A stretch of 64,000 bases of DNA, taken from positions 95,544,001 to 95,608,000 of the forward strand of contig NC_087472.1 of assembly GCF_036321535.1 (NCBI RefSeq), read 5' to 3'. Made by a program: the position numbers and the translations under genes. The notes below the pieces were generated by a model. It was not told where the DNA came from, did not search any database, and saw only the letters and a list, made by a program, of their open reading frames with translations. Source of the DNA: Camelus dromedarius (lineage: Eukaryota). Below are positions 11,795 through 25,569 of the stretch, one piece after another (positions within the stretch are counted from its first letter, which is position 1; each line of letters opens with the position of its first letter).

Positions 11795-13160
11795 AAGAAT
11801 ATACGATGGAATAAAGACAGTCTCTTCAGCAAATGGTGTTGGGAAAACTGGACAGCAGCATGTAAAACAATGAAGCTAGAACACTCCCTTACACCATATA
11901 CAAAAATCAACTCAAAATGGATCAAAGACTTAAACATAAGACAAGATACAATAAACCTCCTAGAGGAAAACACAGGCAAAACATTATCTGACATACATCT
12001 CAAAAATTTTCTCCTAGAAGAAATAAAAGCAAGAATAAACAAATGGGACCTAATGAAACTTACAAGCTTCTGCACAGCAAAGGAAACCAGAAGTAAAACA
12101 AAAAGACAACCTACGGAATGGGAGAAAATTTTTGCAAATGAAACCAACAAAGGCTTGATCTCCAGAATATATAAGCAGCTCATACGACTCAATAAGAAAA
12201 AAATAAACAACCCAATCCAAAAATGGGCAGAAGACCTAAACAAGCAATTCTCCAAGGAAGACATACAAATGATCAATAGGCACATGAAAAAATGCTCAGT
12301 ATCACTAATTATCAGAGAAATGCAAATCAAAACTACAATGAGGTATCAACTCACACCAGTCAGAATGGCTGTCATTCAAAAATCCACAAATGACAAATGC
12401 TGGAGAGGCTGTGGAGAAAGGGGAACCCTCCTACACTGCTGGTGGGAATGCAGTTTGGTGCAGCCACTACGGAAAACAGTGTGGAGATTCCTCAAAAGAC
12501 TAGGAATAGACTTACCATATGACCCAGGAATCCCACTCCTGGGCTTATAACCAGAAGGAACCCTACTTCAGGATGACACCTGCACCCCAATGTTCATAGC
12601 AGCACTATTTACAATAGCCAAAACATGGAAACAGCCTAAATGTCCATCAACAGGTGACTGGATAAAGAAGAGGTGGTATATTTATACAATGGAATACTAC
12701 TCAGCCACAAAAACCGACAACATAATGCCATTTGCAGCAACATGGATGCTCCTGGAGAATGTCATTCTAAGTGAAGTAAGCCAGAAAGAGAAAGAAAAAT
12801 ACCATATGAGATCGCTCATATGTGGAATCTAAAAAACAAAAATAAAAACAACAACAACAAAATACAAAGCGTAAATACAAAACAGAAATAGACTCATAGA
12901 CATAGAATACAAACTTGTGGTTGCCAAGGGGGCGGAGGGTAGGAAGGGATAGATGGGATTTCAAAATTGTAGAATAGATAAACAAGATGATACTGTATAG
13001 CACAGGAAAATATACACAAAATCTTATGGTAGCTCACAGAGAAAAAAATGTGACAATGAATATATATATGTTCACGTATAACTGAAAAATTGTGCTGAAC
13101 ACTGGAATTTGACACAACATTGTAAAATGATTATAAATCAATAAAAAAATATTTTTTAAA
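11795..13160 (+). mobile_element. Young camelid-type L1, 5'-truncated (ORF2 C-terminus + 3'UTR)
   Basis: ORFs 11870-12550 and 12590-12832 encode L1 ORF2 C-terminus ([18 protein letters not shown]); premature TAA at 12548-12550; 3'UTR and AATAAA/A tail. Confidence 0.95.
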
Positions 13161-13169
13161 AAGTAGTTA

Positions 13170-13800
13170 AAAATTGAAAACCTCATCCACTGCCAATGGA
13201 AAATAATACAGACGCTTTGGAAGACAATGTTGATAGACCCTCAAATGGCTAAACACAGGGTTATCATATGACTCGGCAGTTGTACTCTAAAGAGAAATGA
13301 AAACACGTCCACACAAAATGTACATGAATACTGACAGCATCATTATGCATAATAGCCCCCAAAGTGGGAACAACCCAAATGTCCATCAACTGATGAAAGA
13401 AAAAACAAGATGTGATACATCCATACAGTGGAGTGTTATTTGGTCATAAAAAGGAATGAAGTCCCGATACATGCTCCAACATGGATGAACCTTGAAAACA
13501 CTATCCCAAGTGAATGAAATTGGTCACAAAAGATCACATATTGTATGACTCCATTTATAAGAAATGTTCAGAATAGGCAAATCCATGGAGACAGAAAATG
13601 AATTAGTGGTTACCTGAGGCTGGGAAGGTGAGGGAGAATAAGGAGTGGCTGCTAATGGGGATTTTATTTCCTAAAAGTGTTTGAAATGTGTTGTGCTGGT
13701 GGTTGCACAACTCTGTGAATTCAGAAAAAAAAAAAAAAAACCTGAATGTAATACTTTAAGTAGGTGAATTATATCTCAATAAAACCATGTTTAAAAAAAG
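13170..13800 (+). mobile_element. L1MB-type 3' end
   Basis: aaagtgggaacaacccaaatgtccatcaactgatga...catggatgaaccttgaaaaca...ctcaataaaacc. Confidence 0.8.
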
Positions 13801-14149
13801 AAGTAGTCAGTTACACTCCCAGATACCCTCCCCTACTCAGCACAGTCAGGCCACTGGTCCTCTCCTTATTTCTTCAAAAGCTCAGAGACTTGTTCTCTAG
13901 TGAGGGTAAACCTGCAGGCCTTGGGACCAAGTGACAGCAGGCCAACTGAAGACAGGCACTGGAGTGAAAGCAGGGGAGTTACAGTCAACCGTGCTGATGT
14001 TGAGATTCTCAGCCTTCTTTTCCCCCAGAAACCAACGTGCTCCTGGGTTTAGTAAGGCAGAGAAAAAGCAAAATTTGAATATTGTGATTAGACAGAAAAA
14101 AGATAAAGGAGAAAAATCTGATAAGAATTTCTAGGTAATAATGATGTGG

Positions 14150-14471
14150 AGCCTACCATGTGGTCTGGGTTCTGGCTGCTACAGGCATCTATTCTTTCTT
14201 CTCAACTAGACTGTAATCCTCCCAGGACAATGTATTGTATCCCTTCACACCACTTGACAGAGATCTTGGCAAACCCAAGACAAACCTATGTGAGAGATGA
14301 CATCTCTCCTTGATAAAAACAATGACGACCAAACATAATCACACAAGGTAAACTTCACTTTAAAAACCCAAACACATAAATATAACGCAGAATCAGTTTA
14401 CCGATACATTTTGATGTGTTACTTCAGGATGATAAAGCAGAAAATGAAAAAAAAAAAAAACAAATTATCAA
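14150..14471 (+). repeat. Copy 1 of a ~300-bp local direct duplication
   Basis: Aligns colinearly with 15412-15725 (caactagactgtaatcctccca...tatgtgagagatgacatctctcct...acttcaggatgataaagcag). Confidence 0.9.
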
Positions 14472-14474
14472 GCT

Positions 14475-14787
14475 CTAGGTCAGGAGAGCTCTGGACCACA
14501 CCAATAAAGCCTCAACACTGCCCCTACTTGAGTCAAAGGAGGGGGACTTTCATCTTCACACCTGTCAGTCAGTGGCCAAGGTTCCTTGATCAAGGGATAG
14601 GGCTAGGGCGAGGCATGGTAACGCTGAACTCCCAGGCACTTCCAGCTCTCTGTGTCTGGGCAAAGTAGTTCCAGGAGCCCAAGGCTATTCCTTTGAAGAA
14701 AGTCACAGGTGGAGGCCTTAATAATCAAAAGAACGCAGAAGCTGTGGGAGGGATGGCATTCTGGGTGGAGGTCGGGGGCCATTACAA
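14475..14787 (-). mobile_element. ERVL LTR fragment, LTR16-like
   Basis: aactcccaggcacttccagctctctgtgtctgggcaaagtagttccaggagcccaaggc resembles recalled LTR16 family consensus. Confidence 0.55.
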
Positions 14788-15411
14788 CAGGTATTGGGCC
14801 AGGTGACCTCTCAATCAGTTTTCTGAATCAAATTTCAACAATAGCCTATTACAGTTAATATGGAAAATACAATCCTTAAATTTATCTGGGGAGGTAAAAT
14901 GAACATATATCAATGTACACTCAAACATAAACACCATTCAGAAAGAGGGAAAATGCAGAGCTTAATCTCTTATATTGTAAAGGAGGTAAATCTGTGAGTT
15001 AGCCACAAAGGATATGTGAGCTTGTAATTGGACTACTTCAATACAAATCACTGTTTCCCTACAATCCTAAACGACAAAATGCTTCCTTCCAATCCAACCT
15101 CCTCTCTCCTCTCCTCACCTCTTTTCCATTGAACTTGCATTTAAACTCTTTATGAAATCCAGGTTCTCAAATCCTGTCTCTACCCCTCTGCCATGACTTC
15201 CTCACTTGCTCCCTCCACAAACACATATTTATCGCTGTGTGTTTTCTTTTTCATTCTTTTATCCTAGAATTTTCATCTCTTTTCCTAAGTTATCTAAATC
15301 ACAGTTCCACAACAAGACTTCCACAAATACTTCAGTGATTCTCCAGTTCATAAACTACCTCCAACACCCACAAGATGATTAGAGATGATACGACAGTGTG
15401 TAATTAACGTC

Positions 15412-15725
15412 TAAGCCCTATGGTACTAAATCTGCAGCTCCAAGCATCGATTCTTTCTCCACAACTAGACTGTAATCCTCCCAAGACGATGTATTATATC
15501 CCTTCACACCACGTGGCAGAGAACTAGGCAAACCCAAGATAAACATATGTGAGAGATGACATCTCTCCTCAATAAAAAATAATGACAAGCAAACATAATC
15601 ACACAAGATAAACTTCACTTTATGAAACAACACACAAATACAATGCAGAATCAATTCACTGATGCATCATGACATGGTACTTCAGGATGATAAAGCAGGA
15701 AATGAAAAACAGAAGAAACTATCAA
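15412..15725 (+). repeat. Copy 2 of the ~300-bp local direct duplication
   Basis: Colinear with 14150-14471, with scattered substitutions. Confidence 0.9.
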
Positions 15726-15915
15726 AAACATTTTACAAAATCCACATCTTTAAATGAATCTTCAGGTTGATCCATTAAAGTATTTATGTGTCTGAGGATC
15801 ATGATTCATCACATTATTATGATAAATAGCCTTCTATGTACAGACATCCAGTTCTTAAGAAAAAAGGAAATAAGGCAGCCTCAGGCAGGAAGAATGGGGG
15901 CACAGCAATATTAAG

Positions 15916-16206
15916 ATTTTTTTTTTAATTCTTTTTTTTTACTGAAGTGTAGTCAGTTGATTTACAACGTTAGTTTCAGGTGTACGACAAAGTGATTCAG
16001 TTATACACATACATTTTTTTTCAGTTTCTTTTCCATTACAGCTCATTACAAGAAACTGAATATAGTTCCCTGTGCTATACAGTAGGTCCTTGTTTTTCTA
16101 TTGTATATACAGTAGTGTGTATCTGTTAATCCCAAACTCCTAATTTATCCCTCCCCACCTTTCCCCTTTGGTAACCACAGTTTGTTTTCTATGTCCATGA
16201 GTCTAT
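15916..16206 (-). mobile_element. Cetartiodactyl/camelid L1 3'UTR end
   Basis: Poly-T head followed by gtttcaggtgtac...tatagttccctgtgctatacagtaggtcc...ggtaaccacagtttgttttctatgtc. Confidence 0.9.
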
Positions 16207-17764
16207 TAAATTTTCTTCTTGTCATGAGGATAAGGGTGACGTGTAATTGCTATATGCTCTGGCAATGCAGATATAACACAGCTATCAAAACTGGAAGAAG
16301 AAGGAGAGACTGTAAGGAAAGCAGAATAAACTTGCTGGTTGCCTTATAAGGGTAAAAGGAGATGCTTTTATAACAGACATTCTGGGACAGGGTGAGGAGG
16401 CAAGAAGAGGGTACTAGCTAAGCTAATACTGCTCGTGGGCGAGAACGCACAGGTAGTAGTCTAGAACCTCCATCCCTCTGCAAATGGAGGCCAGAAACTA
16501 TCTGCACTGGGACCCTGGAGCCTCTGCAAGAATGACAAGAACAACTTTGGAACAGTAAGTCACACTCCTAAGACAAAGAGCCACATTCCCAAACACTTGA
16601 GCAACTTGGGTAAATTCCTCACTTTCTCTGAGCTTCAGTTTTCTCATCTCTACAGCATGTATCTAGCATTGTCATCGTAAGGACTGGCATGTCGAGGCAT
16701 GAGATGTCTTAGTCCTCCCCTTCTCTCACTCTTCCACCCCTGCTGCACACCATTCTTTAAAGACATCAAGATAAAGTCTCTAACACCTTCAGAAATCAAG
16801 TGTAACAACATCTTCGCACATTGGAAGACGACTTCTTGTTCTGTCCCCGGAACTTCAAACAGGTAACTCTCACTCTCCACTTACTTTTCTTAAAATGTAA
16901 CTTTACGCTTTAAATAATACTTTCTATTCAGGATAAACATTAATGATGTTTTCAGTAGCTTTTTATAGTTCCTGCCCTACTGTTTTGTCATAGACCATTA
17001 AGCAGCTGTTACATTCCATTGTGCTTGAAGTTGTCTTTGCTTTGCTTATACTCTGCCATATTGGCTTGTAAACCATGTGGGAAACGCCCGGATGAAAGGT
17101 CCTTCATCAGTGCAAGACATTAGTATTTTGTCTTTTTAGAAGAAGAATTTACTCTCTAAGCATATGGAATTGAATCTAATTAAGGACATTTGCATCATTT
17201 AGTTCTAGCAAAAGCAAGACTGGCATTCTGTCATATTAATTTTATTTTTGTCACTTTACTGTTTAATGGCTGGGTCTAAAAAGCTGGGATGCTTAGCCAT
17301 GCAGGAGAACAGCAAGGAAGGCATTATGAACTGTATCGTCATTCAATTCATACTTGTTGGCAATCTGAGGGGTTCCCTGAACCCAGCTCTGGTGTTTATA
17401 CGGCCATAGGGGTCCAACACCACAGTTTTGCACAAGGTGGCACAGCCCCAGGAGACCAGAAAAGCGCACTCAGTAGACAAATACCCAAAACAGGTTTGTT
17501 AAGAGCAATCAGAGACACTGTGACTCCTCTCTGAGCAAAAAATGAAGGGGGAAAATCACCAACCTGCCAGACAGCAAATACCCATTACCTCTAGCGTGAA
17601 AAGAGCAACTGTGTGCAAACAAACACGTATCCTTACAGGAGCCGAATAATGTCCCCAAAATAAGCCAGTCAAATCTCCACGATCTCATGCCCTTGTCACC
17701 CTCCTGCTTAAAACCCTCCCCACTGACCTGAAGGTTAAAATCGAAATCCTCAGTAGGACTTAGA

Positions 17765-18096
17765 TCAAGGATTTCAAACTCAGGCCCAGTATTAGATGAG
17801 AAATGACAACCGCCCCTAGGCCTGTGTGTCAGGAAGGTACAGGAAGCGGTGGGGACTGCGGTGAATGACAAGGCACAAGGCCCACACCACAGGCGCAGCT
17901 GCCCTCAGTCCTACTTGATTTGTTGTTGTTAGGAGGACAGTACTGCCAGACTTTCTGACTGGTCAAGGGAAGCCAGAAAGCTGAATTTTAAAATCTGATT
18001 TGTAAATAATTCAAACTTAAAATACAATGTAAGCCAACATTCTACAGAACAAACGAAAGCAAATCTGGACTAACAACCACCATTTGGTGACTTCTG
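17765..18096. mobile_element. MER102-like hAT-Charlie element
   Basis: ggtggggactgcggtgaa...gcagctgccctcag...tgccagactttctgac...gaagccagaaa...tttggtgacttctg. Confidence 0.6.
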
Positions 18097-20323
18097 CACA
18101 TTCCCAGAACTAGAGAAAGAGAGAGAGAGAGATAATAGATTGTATATTACATATACCTGTATATTACATTATATATATTATATAGGTTTCATTACATATG
18201 CTATATAGTTATATGGTTATTTATACATAGATAGAGATATATAGGTAGATACACAGTAGAAAGTAAATATATGGAAGAATCTTCAAACCGAAATAAGAAT
18301 ATATAACCAGAAAAATTTGTATCATCTAGCCCACATTCTATATTTTTAATCATTTGGGCAGGAGCTGAGCTGAAGTATCACTTAGTACTGATTACAAAAA
18401 GAGAGTCTTACTAAGCAAATTTATAATATCAACAAGACTACAAGTGAATTCTTAACTTCTTAAGATTAATTGATTCGAGAAACCTTTGAGTATACACTAA
18501 CACACAAGGCAATTATGTATGAGCCAAGACAAAAACTGATTCTTCTTTAAATTAAAACATAGATTGCTGATTTTGTCCTATGTCCAGAATACATCAGTAT
18601 CCTCAATTTTCATGTTTTTTTAAATGGCAACAAGTTATACCTTTCATTAATTTATACTGACACCTCTAGAAATTAGTTCAAAACAGAGACTTCTAGCTAA
18701 TCTGATTTTACTACTTTCAACTTATGCTTAAAATAAAAAATTCTTTCAGGTGACTATGTTTTTGCTTCTAAAGATGGGAAAATTGTGCTTTAGTCTGATG
18801 TATCAGTATATCCTTTCACTAGTTTCTTGCATGACACATAAACCAACTTCAAGGAAATTCCAGAAAAGGATTTTCAAAAACATTTGAGCAATGGTAACAT
18901 CCATGTAATAAGTATCTTTTCCCAGTTATTTCCCAAATAACAATAAAGTTATTTGGATGTCTGAGACCTAGAATATTTTTAAACATCTTATTTCTTTACA
19001 GTTACATTCCATACAGTAAAATCTAATAAAAATGGAATGGAATAATTCCTTTTTTATCACCTCCAGGATGTGGGTCTACAACTCTATTTGAATTTGAAAA
19101 ACAAACCAAACTTCACAATGGTAAGGGGCCTTACCGTTTTGTCATGAATGATTTTTTTATAACTGGGTCACTGGATAATTAATTATTGGCCTGAAAAAGC
19201 CACCTAGCATATTGTGCATTTACATGTACTAAAGCTGAAATAATATACTGCTAAGTTTACAAACACTTCCTTCTTGTACCTTGTCTTACAACTTCAGAAA
19301 TAATACTGGAGGACCTTTTGATTCTTGGGTTTTAATTCTTATATCACAGCTTTATAAATAATCTGGAGCTTACAAATATAACAGGAGAAGAAACTGCCTA
19401 AACAGAAACTCTGGGCTGGGCAGCAGAGTCTCCAGGATGATCCAAGTACTTATATCCAGCTAGCATCATGACAAATGTCAGAGATCCTCTGGTTCACCCA
19501 GTGCCTGAAATGATGAGTGCTGGTGCCTTCCAATTCAGACACAGCTATAAGGATACCAACAGACATCCTTTTATTTTGTATCCATTGTTGCCTAATGGGG
19601 ACAAAAATGATTACTGAGCATCTGGCAATTTGATAAAGTGCTACAATTGTCCTAACCGTGTAATACCAATCAGTTCTTTAACGGGTGTAAGTGGAATATG
19701 CCCAGGGGAAAGGAGCTTAAGTCTCCCAGGAGTTTTAGGATATATTTCATTGTTTTGGGTTTCTCCTGAGAAATAATGGAAAGGGAGAAGTTCATTTTTC
19801 CTCTTTAAGCCAACCTATGGCATACTAAGATATATATTTGTTTGATTTGAGAAATTATTTTTTGAAAATCAATTAAAGTAATTTACCACATCAACAGACA
19901 AAAAAAAGAAAAATCATATGATCATATCAATAGATGCCAAAAAGCATTTAACAAAATCCAATACCAACTCATCACTTAAAAAAAAGAACTTTCCGTAAAC
20001 TAAGAATAGAGGGAAACTTTTTCAATTTAATAAAAACTATCTACAAAACTACAGCTAACATCATACTTAATGGTGAGAAACTTCAAGCTTTCCCACTAAA
20101 ATCAGGGATAAAGCAAGGATGTCCCCTCTTACCATTCCTTTTCAACATTGTACTGGAAGTCCTTGCTAATGAAATAAGGGAAGAAAAGAAAAGAAAAGCT
20201 ATTAGAAAGAGGACATAAAATTGTCATTCTTCACAAATGATGATTGCCTATGCAGAAAATTTGAAAGAACAACAACAACAAAAAACTCCTGGAACTAACA
20301 AGTAATCATAGCAAGGTTGTAGG

Positions 20324-20447
20324 ATAACCTATAATGAAAAAGGATACGAAGAGAAATATATGTATGTAAACGTATGACTGAAACTGTGCTGTACACCAGA
20401 AATTGACACAACACCGTAAACTGACTATACTTTAATAAAAAAAAAAA
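20324..20447 (+). mobile_element. Short camelid L1 3' terminus nested in the L1MC
   Basis: aacctataatgaaaaagga...gtatgactgaaactgtgctgtacaccagaaattgacacaac...aataaa plus poly-A. Confidence 0.85.
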
Positions 20448-22323
20448 GTCAATTGCTTTCCTATATACCAACAATGAACCAGTGAAATTTGAAATTAAAA
20501 AACACAACACTATTTACATTAGGACCCTTCAAAAAAAATAAACACTTAGGTATAAATCTAACAAACTATATACAAGATCTATATGAGTAAAACTACAAAA
20601 TTCTGATAAGTGAAATCAAAGAACTAAATAAATGGAGAGTTATTTCATGTTCACAAATAGGAAAAATCAATACTGTCAAGATGTCATTTCTTCCTTTCTA
20701 ACTTGATTAATAAATTCGATGCAATGCCAATCAAAGTTCAAGCAAGTGATTTTATGGATATTGACAAACTGATTCTAAAGTTTACATGGAGAGGAAAAAG
20801 ACTCAGAATAGCCAACACAGTATTTAAAAAGAAGAACAAACGTGAAGGACAAACATTACCCAACTTCAAGACTTATAATACAGCTACAGTAGTCAAGACA
20901 ATGTGGTGCTGGTAAAAGAAGAGACATAGATCAATGGAACAGAATAGAGAGCACAGAAAAGGATCGCCATAAATACAGTCAGCTGATCTTTGACAAAAGA
21001 GCCAAGGCAATACAATTAAAGAAAAGACAGTCTCTTCAACAAATGGTGCTGGAGTAACTGGACATTCACTTGTTAAAAAAAAAAAAGGAATCTAAGCACA
21101 GCCCTTTTACCCTTCACAAAAATTCACTCAATATGGATCATTAACCTAAATGTCAAACGCTAAACTGTAGAACTCCTAGAAGATAACATAGGAAAAAATT
21201 TAGATGACCTTGGGTTTGGTGATGTCTTTTAAATACAACACTAAAGACAATCCATGAAAGAAATAATTGATAAGGAAGACTTCATTTAAATTTAAAACTT
21301 TTGCTCTGCAAAAGATAATGTCAAGATACTGAGAAGACAAGCCACAGACTGGGAGAAAATATTTGTAAAAGACACATCTGATAAAGGACTGTTATCTAAA
21401 ATATACAAAGAACTCTTAAGACTCAACAATTAAAAAAAAAACTAAAATATGGGCCAAAAACCTTAACAGAATTCTCACCAAAGAAGATATATAGATGGCA
21501 ACTAAGCATATGTAAAGATGGTCCATATCATGTCATCAGGGAAATTCAAATTAAAACAATAAGACACCACCACATGCCTATTAGAATGTCCAAAATCTCA
21601 ACACTGAAAACACCAAATAATATTGAGGATGTGGAGCAACAGGAGCTCTTATTCACTGTTGATGGGAATGTAAGATGGTACAGCCACTTTGGAAAGCAGT
21701 TTGACGGTTTCTTACAAAACTAAACACACACTTATCATATAATTCAGCAATTACACTCCTTGGTATTCACCCAAAGGAGTTGAAAAATTATGTCTATACA
21801 AAACCTGTACATGGATATTTATAGCAGCTTTATTCATAATTGCCAAAACTTAGAAGCAGCCAAGATGTCCTTCAGTAGGTGAATGGATAAATAAACCATA
21901 GTACAACCAAACAATGGAATATCTTATTCAGTGTTAAATAGATATCAGGCCATAAAAAACATGGAGGAAACTTGAATGCATATTACTAAGTGAAACAAGC
22001 CACTCTGAAAAGACTACATGTCGTATGATATCCTCAAAAAGGTAGAACTATGAAGATAGCAAAAAGACCAGTGGTTGCCAGGGGTTGGTGGGGAGGAGTG
22101 GAGGAGAGTAATGAATAGACAGAGCACAGAGGATTTTTAAGGCAATGAAAATACTCTATGTAATACCATAATGATGGATACATGTCATTATACATTTCCC
22201 CAAATCCACTGAATGTACAATACCGAGAGTGAACAGTCATGTAAACTATGAACTTTGGGTGATTATAATGTGTCAACGTGGGTTCATCAACTGTAACAAA
22301 TGCACCGTTCGGATGGAGGATAT

Positions 22324-22744
22324 TGTTGGAGGACATAATCAAGAAGATGTGACCACCAGTTGACCCAAGAGCTAGATCCAGGCAATTGGAGGCTCCCCAT
22401 CCTCTCCCTTTTCCTTGGAATGTGCATTCTGCTTGCCATTCCCACTCGCAGAAGCTGCTCCAAGGATACAGCCTTAAAACAGAAACGTGGTGTTGAGGCT
22501 ATCTGGATACAGGACTGAACCCAGGTAAGGCCTCTATAGTTTTAAGATTCCGGCGGGTGGGTGAGGAAATCTATTTATCTTGTGGTTGCCCAGGAGAAGC
22601 CTCATAAATTTCCTTTGTTTATTAAAGCTGTCACCTACCAACCCAAAGTGGTTTGCCTCTTTCTTCAGTCTCTCCTTGCCCTCCATGCATGAGGGCAGTT
22701 TCAGATTATTCCTGGGAAGTTCCTGAGAAGGTTGTGAAGCAACA
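22324..22744 (+). mobile_element. Solo LTR, probably ERVL class, nested in the L1MC 3'UTR
   Basis: TG...CA termini (tgttgg...caaca), ATTAAA signal at 22621, 5-bp TSD gatat/gatgt; host L1 sequence resumes in register. Confidence 0.8.
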
Positions 22745-24143
22745 GATGTTGATAACGGGAGATTATACATGTGTGGGGACAAGGGGAATAAGAGAAATCT
22801 CTGTACCTTCCCCTCAATTTTGCTATGAACCTAAAACTGCTCTAAAAAAGTAAAGTCTTGATTAAAAAATTAAAACAAATTCTCCCACTGTTATTGTGGA
22901 TTTATCTAGTTCTGTTATTCTGTCAATTTTGCTTTATATATTTTGAATATATGTTATATATGGACTGAATAAATATTTTACCTTTTACTGGGAAAAAAAA
23001 GGTTAATTTGATTTTTTAAAAAGCTGCAAGTTCATCACATCAAGGATATAATCTCATCAAACTAATCCTTTAGGAAAGCAATTAGTCTTTCTAATGATAT
23101 TCTAATAAGAAAAAATATCAGAGTAATGTCACAAAAAATACTGTTTTTAATGACAGTAAAGTACAATTTTAAAGGACTAGGATGCCAATAGCTTCCATTA
23201 TTTTCAAACTCCCAAAGACAACTAGATATTAAGTCACTTTCCCCCAGACAATGTATAGTTCAAGCAATTATTTTTCTCATCTAAAAATACATGTTAAAGG
23301 CACAGTGGTAATAAAGCAGGGTAAATAATTTCTAGCTAATGTTTACAGGGGCTGCAAACAAGCCTCTAAGAACAGAGTGACAGTGCCTGAGTTACACACG
23401 TTGTTTTCATACTAAGTAATAGCCAGGAGGCCTGTAAGACTAATACCTAAATCACAAATAAATAATTCAATTGATACTAAAGCTCTTTGAAAGTATATAA
23501 AAATTGGTATTATTAAAAGGCCTGCTAGAAAATGCTAATCCTATCATAGGAAAAACTTACTACTATTACTCAATTTTTGACAAATTAATGCATTTCTGGG
23601 AAACTATAACTTTTGTATTGGTCTTAGATCCCAATTTTCTACTCTGTCTTCCTACCAGGTACTGTTCTGACCAGGGTAGGAAAAAGTTAAAGCATTTTAG
23701 AATATTGAAAGGAGCCTTTTCTATGAGAACAATAGTCTTTCTAATGTAAGCTGAACTTTCTGTTTCAAAAGAACGGCAATACAGTGAAGGAATGGCAACT
23801 ACCTAAACAAGATTTTTTTTTTGCATATTCTCCAAAACACTGCACAGATCAACAAGAAAAAAATTAAAAATCACAAAAGTTCCATACTCTTATCATAACT
23901 AGAAGACAAAAAAATTTTTAATCAAATTATCTGTAAATAGAAAAATAAATTGCAATTTCCAGTAGAGCTATCTTCCAAGCTCTCTCTTCAAGCATTAGCA
24001 GAACCTAGAGTGACCCAGAAAACCTGTGCAGGAGAAGACAACAAAGGACCTAATACTGAGTTGAAATCATTCTCAAAATGACCAAGTGCACACTAACTAT
24101 ATAAAAAAAAAAAACCTGGGAGATATAGCCGTCTAATTTTCTC

Positions 24144-25507
24144 AGAATATTCTCTAACACCATATACAAAAATAAAATCAAAATGGATTAAAGACCTAAA
24201 TGTAAGACTGGATACTCTAAAACTCCTAGAGGAAAATATAGGCAGAACACTCATTGACATAAACTGTAGCAATATTTTTTTGAACCAGCTCCTAGAGTAA
24301 TGGAAATAAAAGCAAAAATAAACAAATTGGACCTAATTAAACTTAATGGCTACTGCACAGCAAAGGAAACCATAAACAAAAGGAAAAGACAACCTACAGA
24401 ATGGGAGAAAACATTTGCAAACAATGCAACTGACAAGATTAATTTCCAAAATATCCAAATAGCTCATACAGCTTAATATCAAAAAACAAACAACCCAGTC
24501 AAAAAATGGGCAGAAGATGTAAATAGACATTCCTCCGAAGAAGACATACAGGTGGCCAACAGACACATGAAAAGATGCTCAATATTGCTAATTATTAGAG
24601 AAATGGAAATCAAAACTACAATGGGGAATTCACCTCACACCAGTCAGAATGGCCATCATTAAAAAGTCTACAAAGAATAAATACTGGAGAGGATGTGGAG
24701 AAAAAGGAACCTTCCTATACTGTTCATAGGAATGTACATTTGTGCAGCCACTATGAAGAATAGTATGGAGGTTCCTTAAAAAAACTAAAAACTTAGTTAC
24801 CATATGATCCAGCAAACTCACTCCTGGGCATATACCTGGAGAAAATTCTAAATCAAAAAGATACATGCACCTCAATGCTCAAAGTAGCACTATTTACAAC
24901 AGACAAGACATGGAAGCAACCTAAGTGTCCATCAAAAGATCAATGCATAAAGAAGATGTGGTGTGTGTGTGTGTGTATGTCTATATGTATACAGATATAG
25001 ATATACCATGGAATATTACCCAGTCACAAAAAAGAATAAAATAATGTCATTTGCGGCAACATGGATGAACCTAGAGATTATCATATTAAGCAAAGTAAGT
25101 CAGAAAAAGAAAGACAAATATCGTATGATATCACTTATATATGGAATATTTTTTTAAAAAAATGATACAAATGAACTTATCTACAAACCAGAAACAGACT
25201 CACAGACATCGAAAACAAACTATGGTTACTAAAGGGGAAAGGTGGGGAGGTTAAATTATGAGTTTGGGATTAACAGATAGACACTACTATATATGAAATA
25301 GATAAAAAAACATGGACCTACTGTATAGCACAGGGGGAACTATATTCAATATCTCGTAGTAACATATAATGGAAAAGAATCTGAAAAAGTGTGTGTGTGT
25401 ATGTGTGTGTATATATATAAAACTGAATCACTTTGCTGTACATCAGAAACTAACACATTATAAATCAATTATACTTCAATTTAAAAAATAATAAATTAAA
25501 AAAAAAA
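24144..25507 (+). mobile_element. Cetartiodactyl L1, 5'-truncated (ORF2 end + 3'UTR)
   Basis: ctaacaccatatacaaaaataaaatcaaaatggattaaagacc...3'UTR with gacctactgtatagcacagg and A tail. Confidence 0.92.
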
Positions 25508-25569
25508 CACTGAAAGAGACTCCATGTGGATTAGAGTAGTGTTTACCCTGAAATGGTAAAGCTGTAAGG

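Larger units (their letters stand above)
11478..14140 (+). mobile_element. Ancient L1ME-type 5' end fragment, split by two later L1 insertions (parts ~11478-11797 and ~13800-14140)
   Basis: gaaagtctattaagaag joins aagtagtcagttacactcccagataccctcccc, matching recalled L1ME 5' region. Confidence 0.5.
19860..22870 (+). mobile_element. L1MC-type LINE (degraded ORF2 3' half + 3'UTR), interrupted by two insertions
   Basis: RT motifs at DNA level (atagatgccaaaaagcatttaacaaaatcca; aagcaaggatgtcccctcttacc); ORF remnant 20703-20915; L1MC-type 3'UTR ending tgaacctaaaactgctctaaaaaagtaaagtc. Confidence 0.9.

Noticed and set aside
11767..12330. 187-aa hydrophobic minus-strand ORF
   Set aside because: Antisense shadow of L1 ORF2, a common artefact
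11870..12832. Longest ORFs as host genes (also 27545-28039 and 63426-63776)
   Set aside because: 5'-truncated L1 ORF2 C-termini with no promoter, ORF1, EN or RT; not autonomous
16879..17120. Minus-strand exon ending at AAA|GTAAGT (16885)
   Set aside because: No clear acceptor and stops in the frames examined
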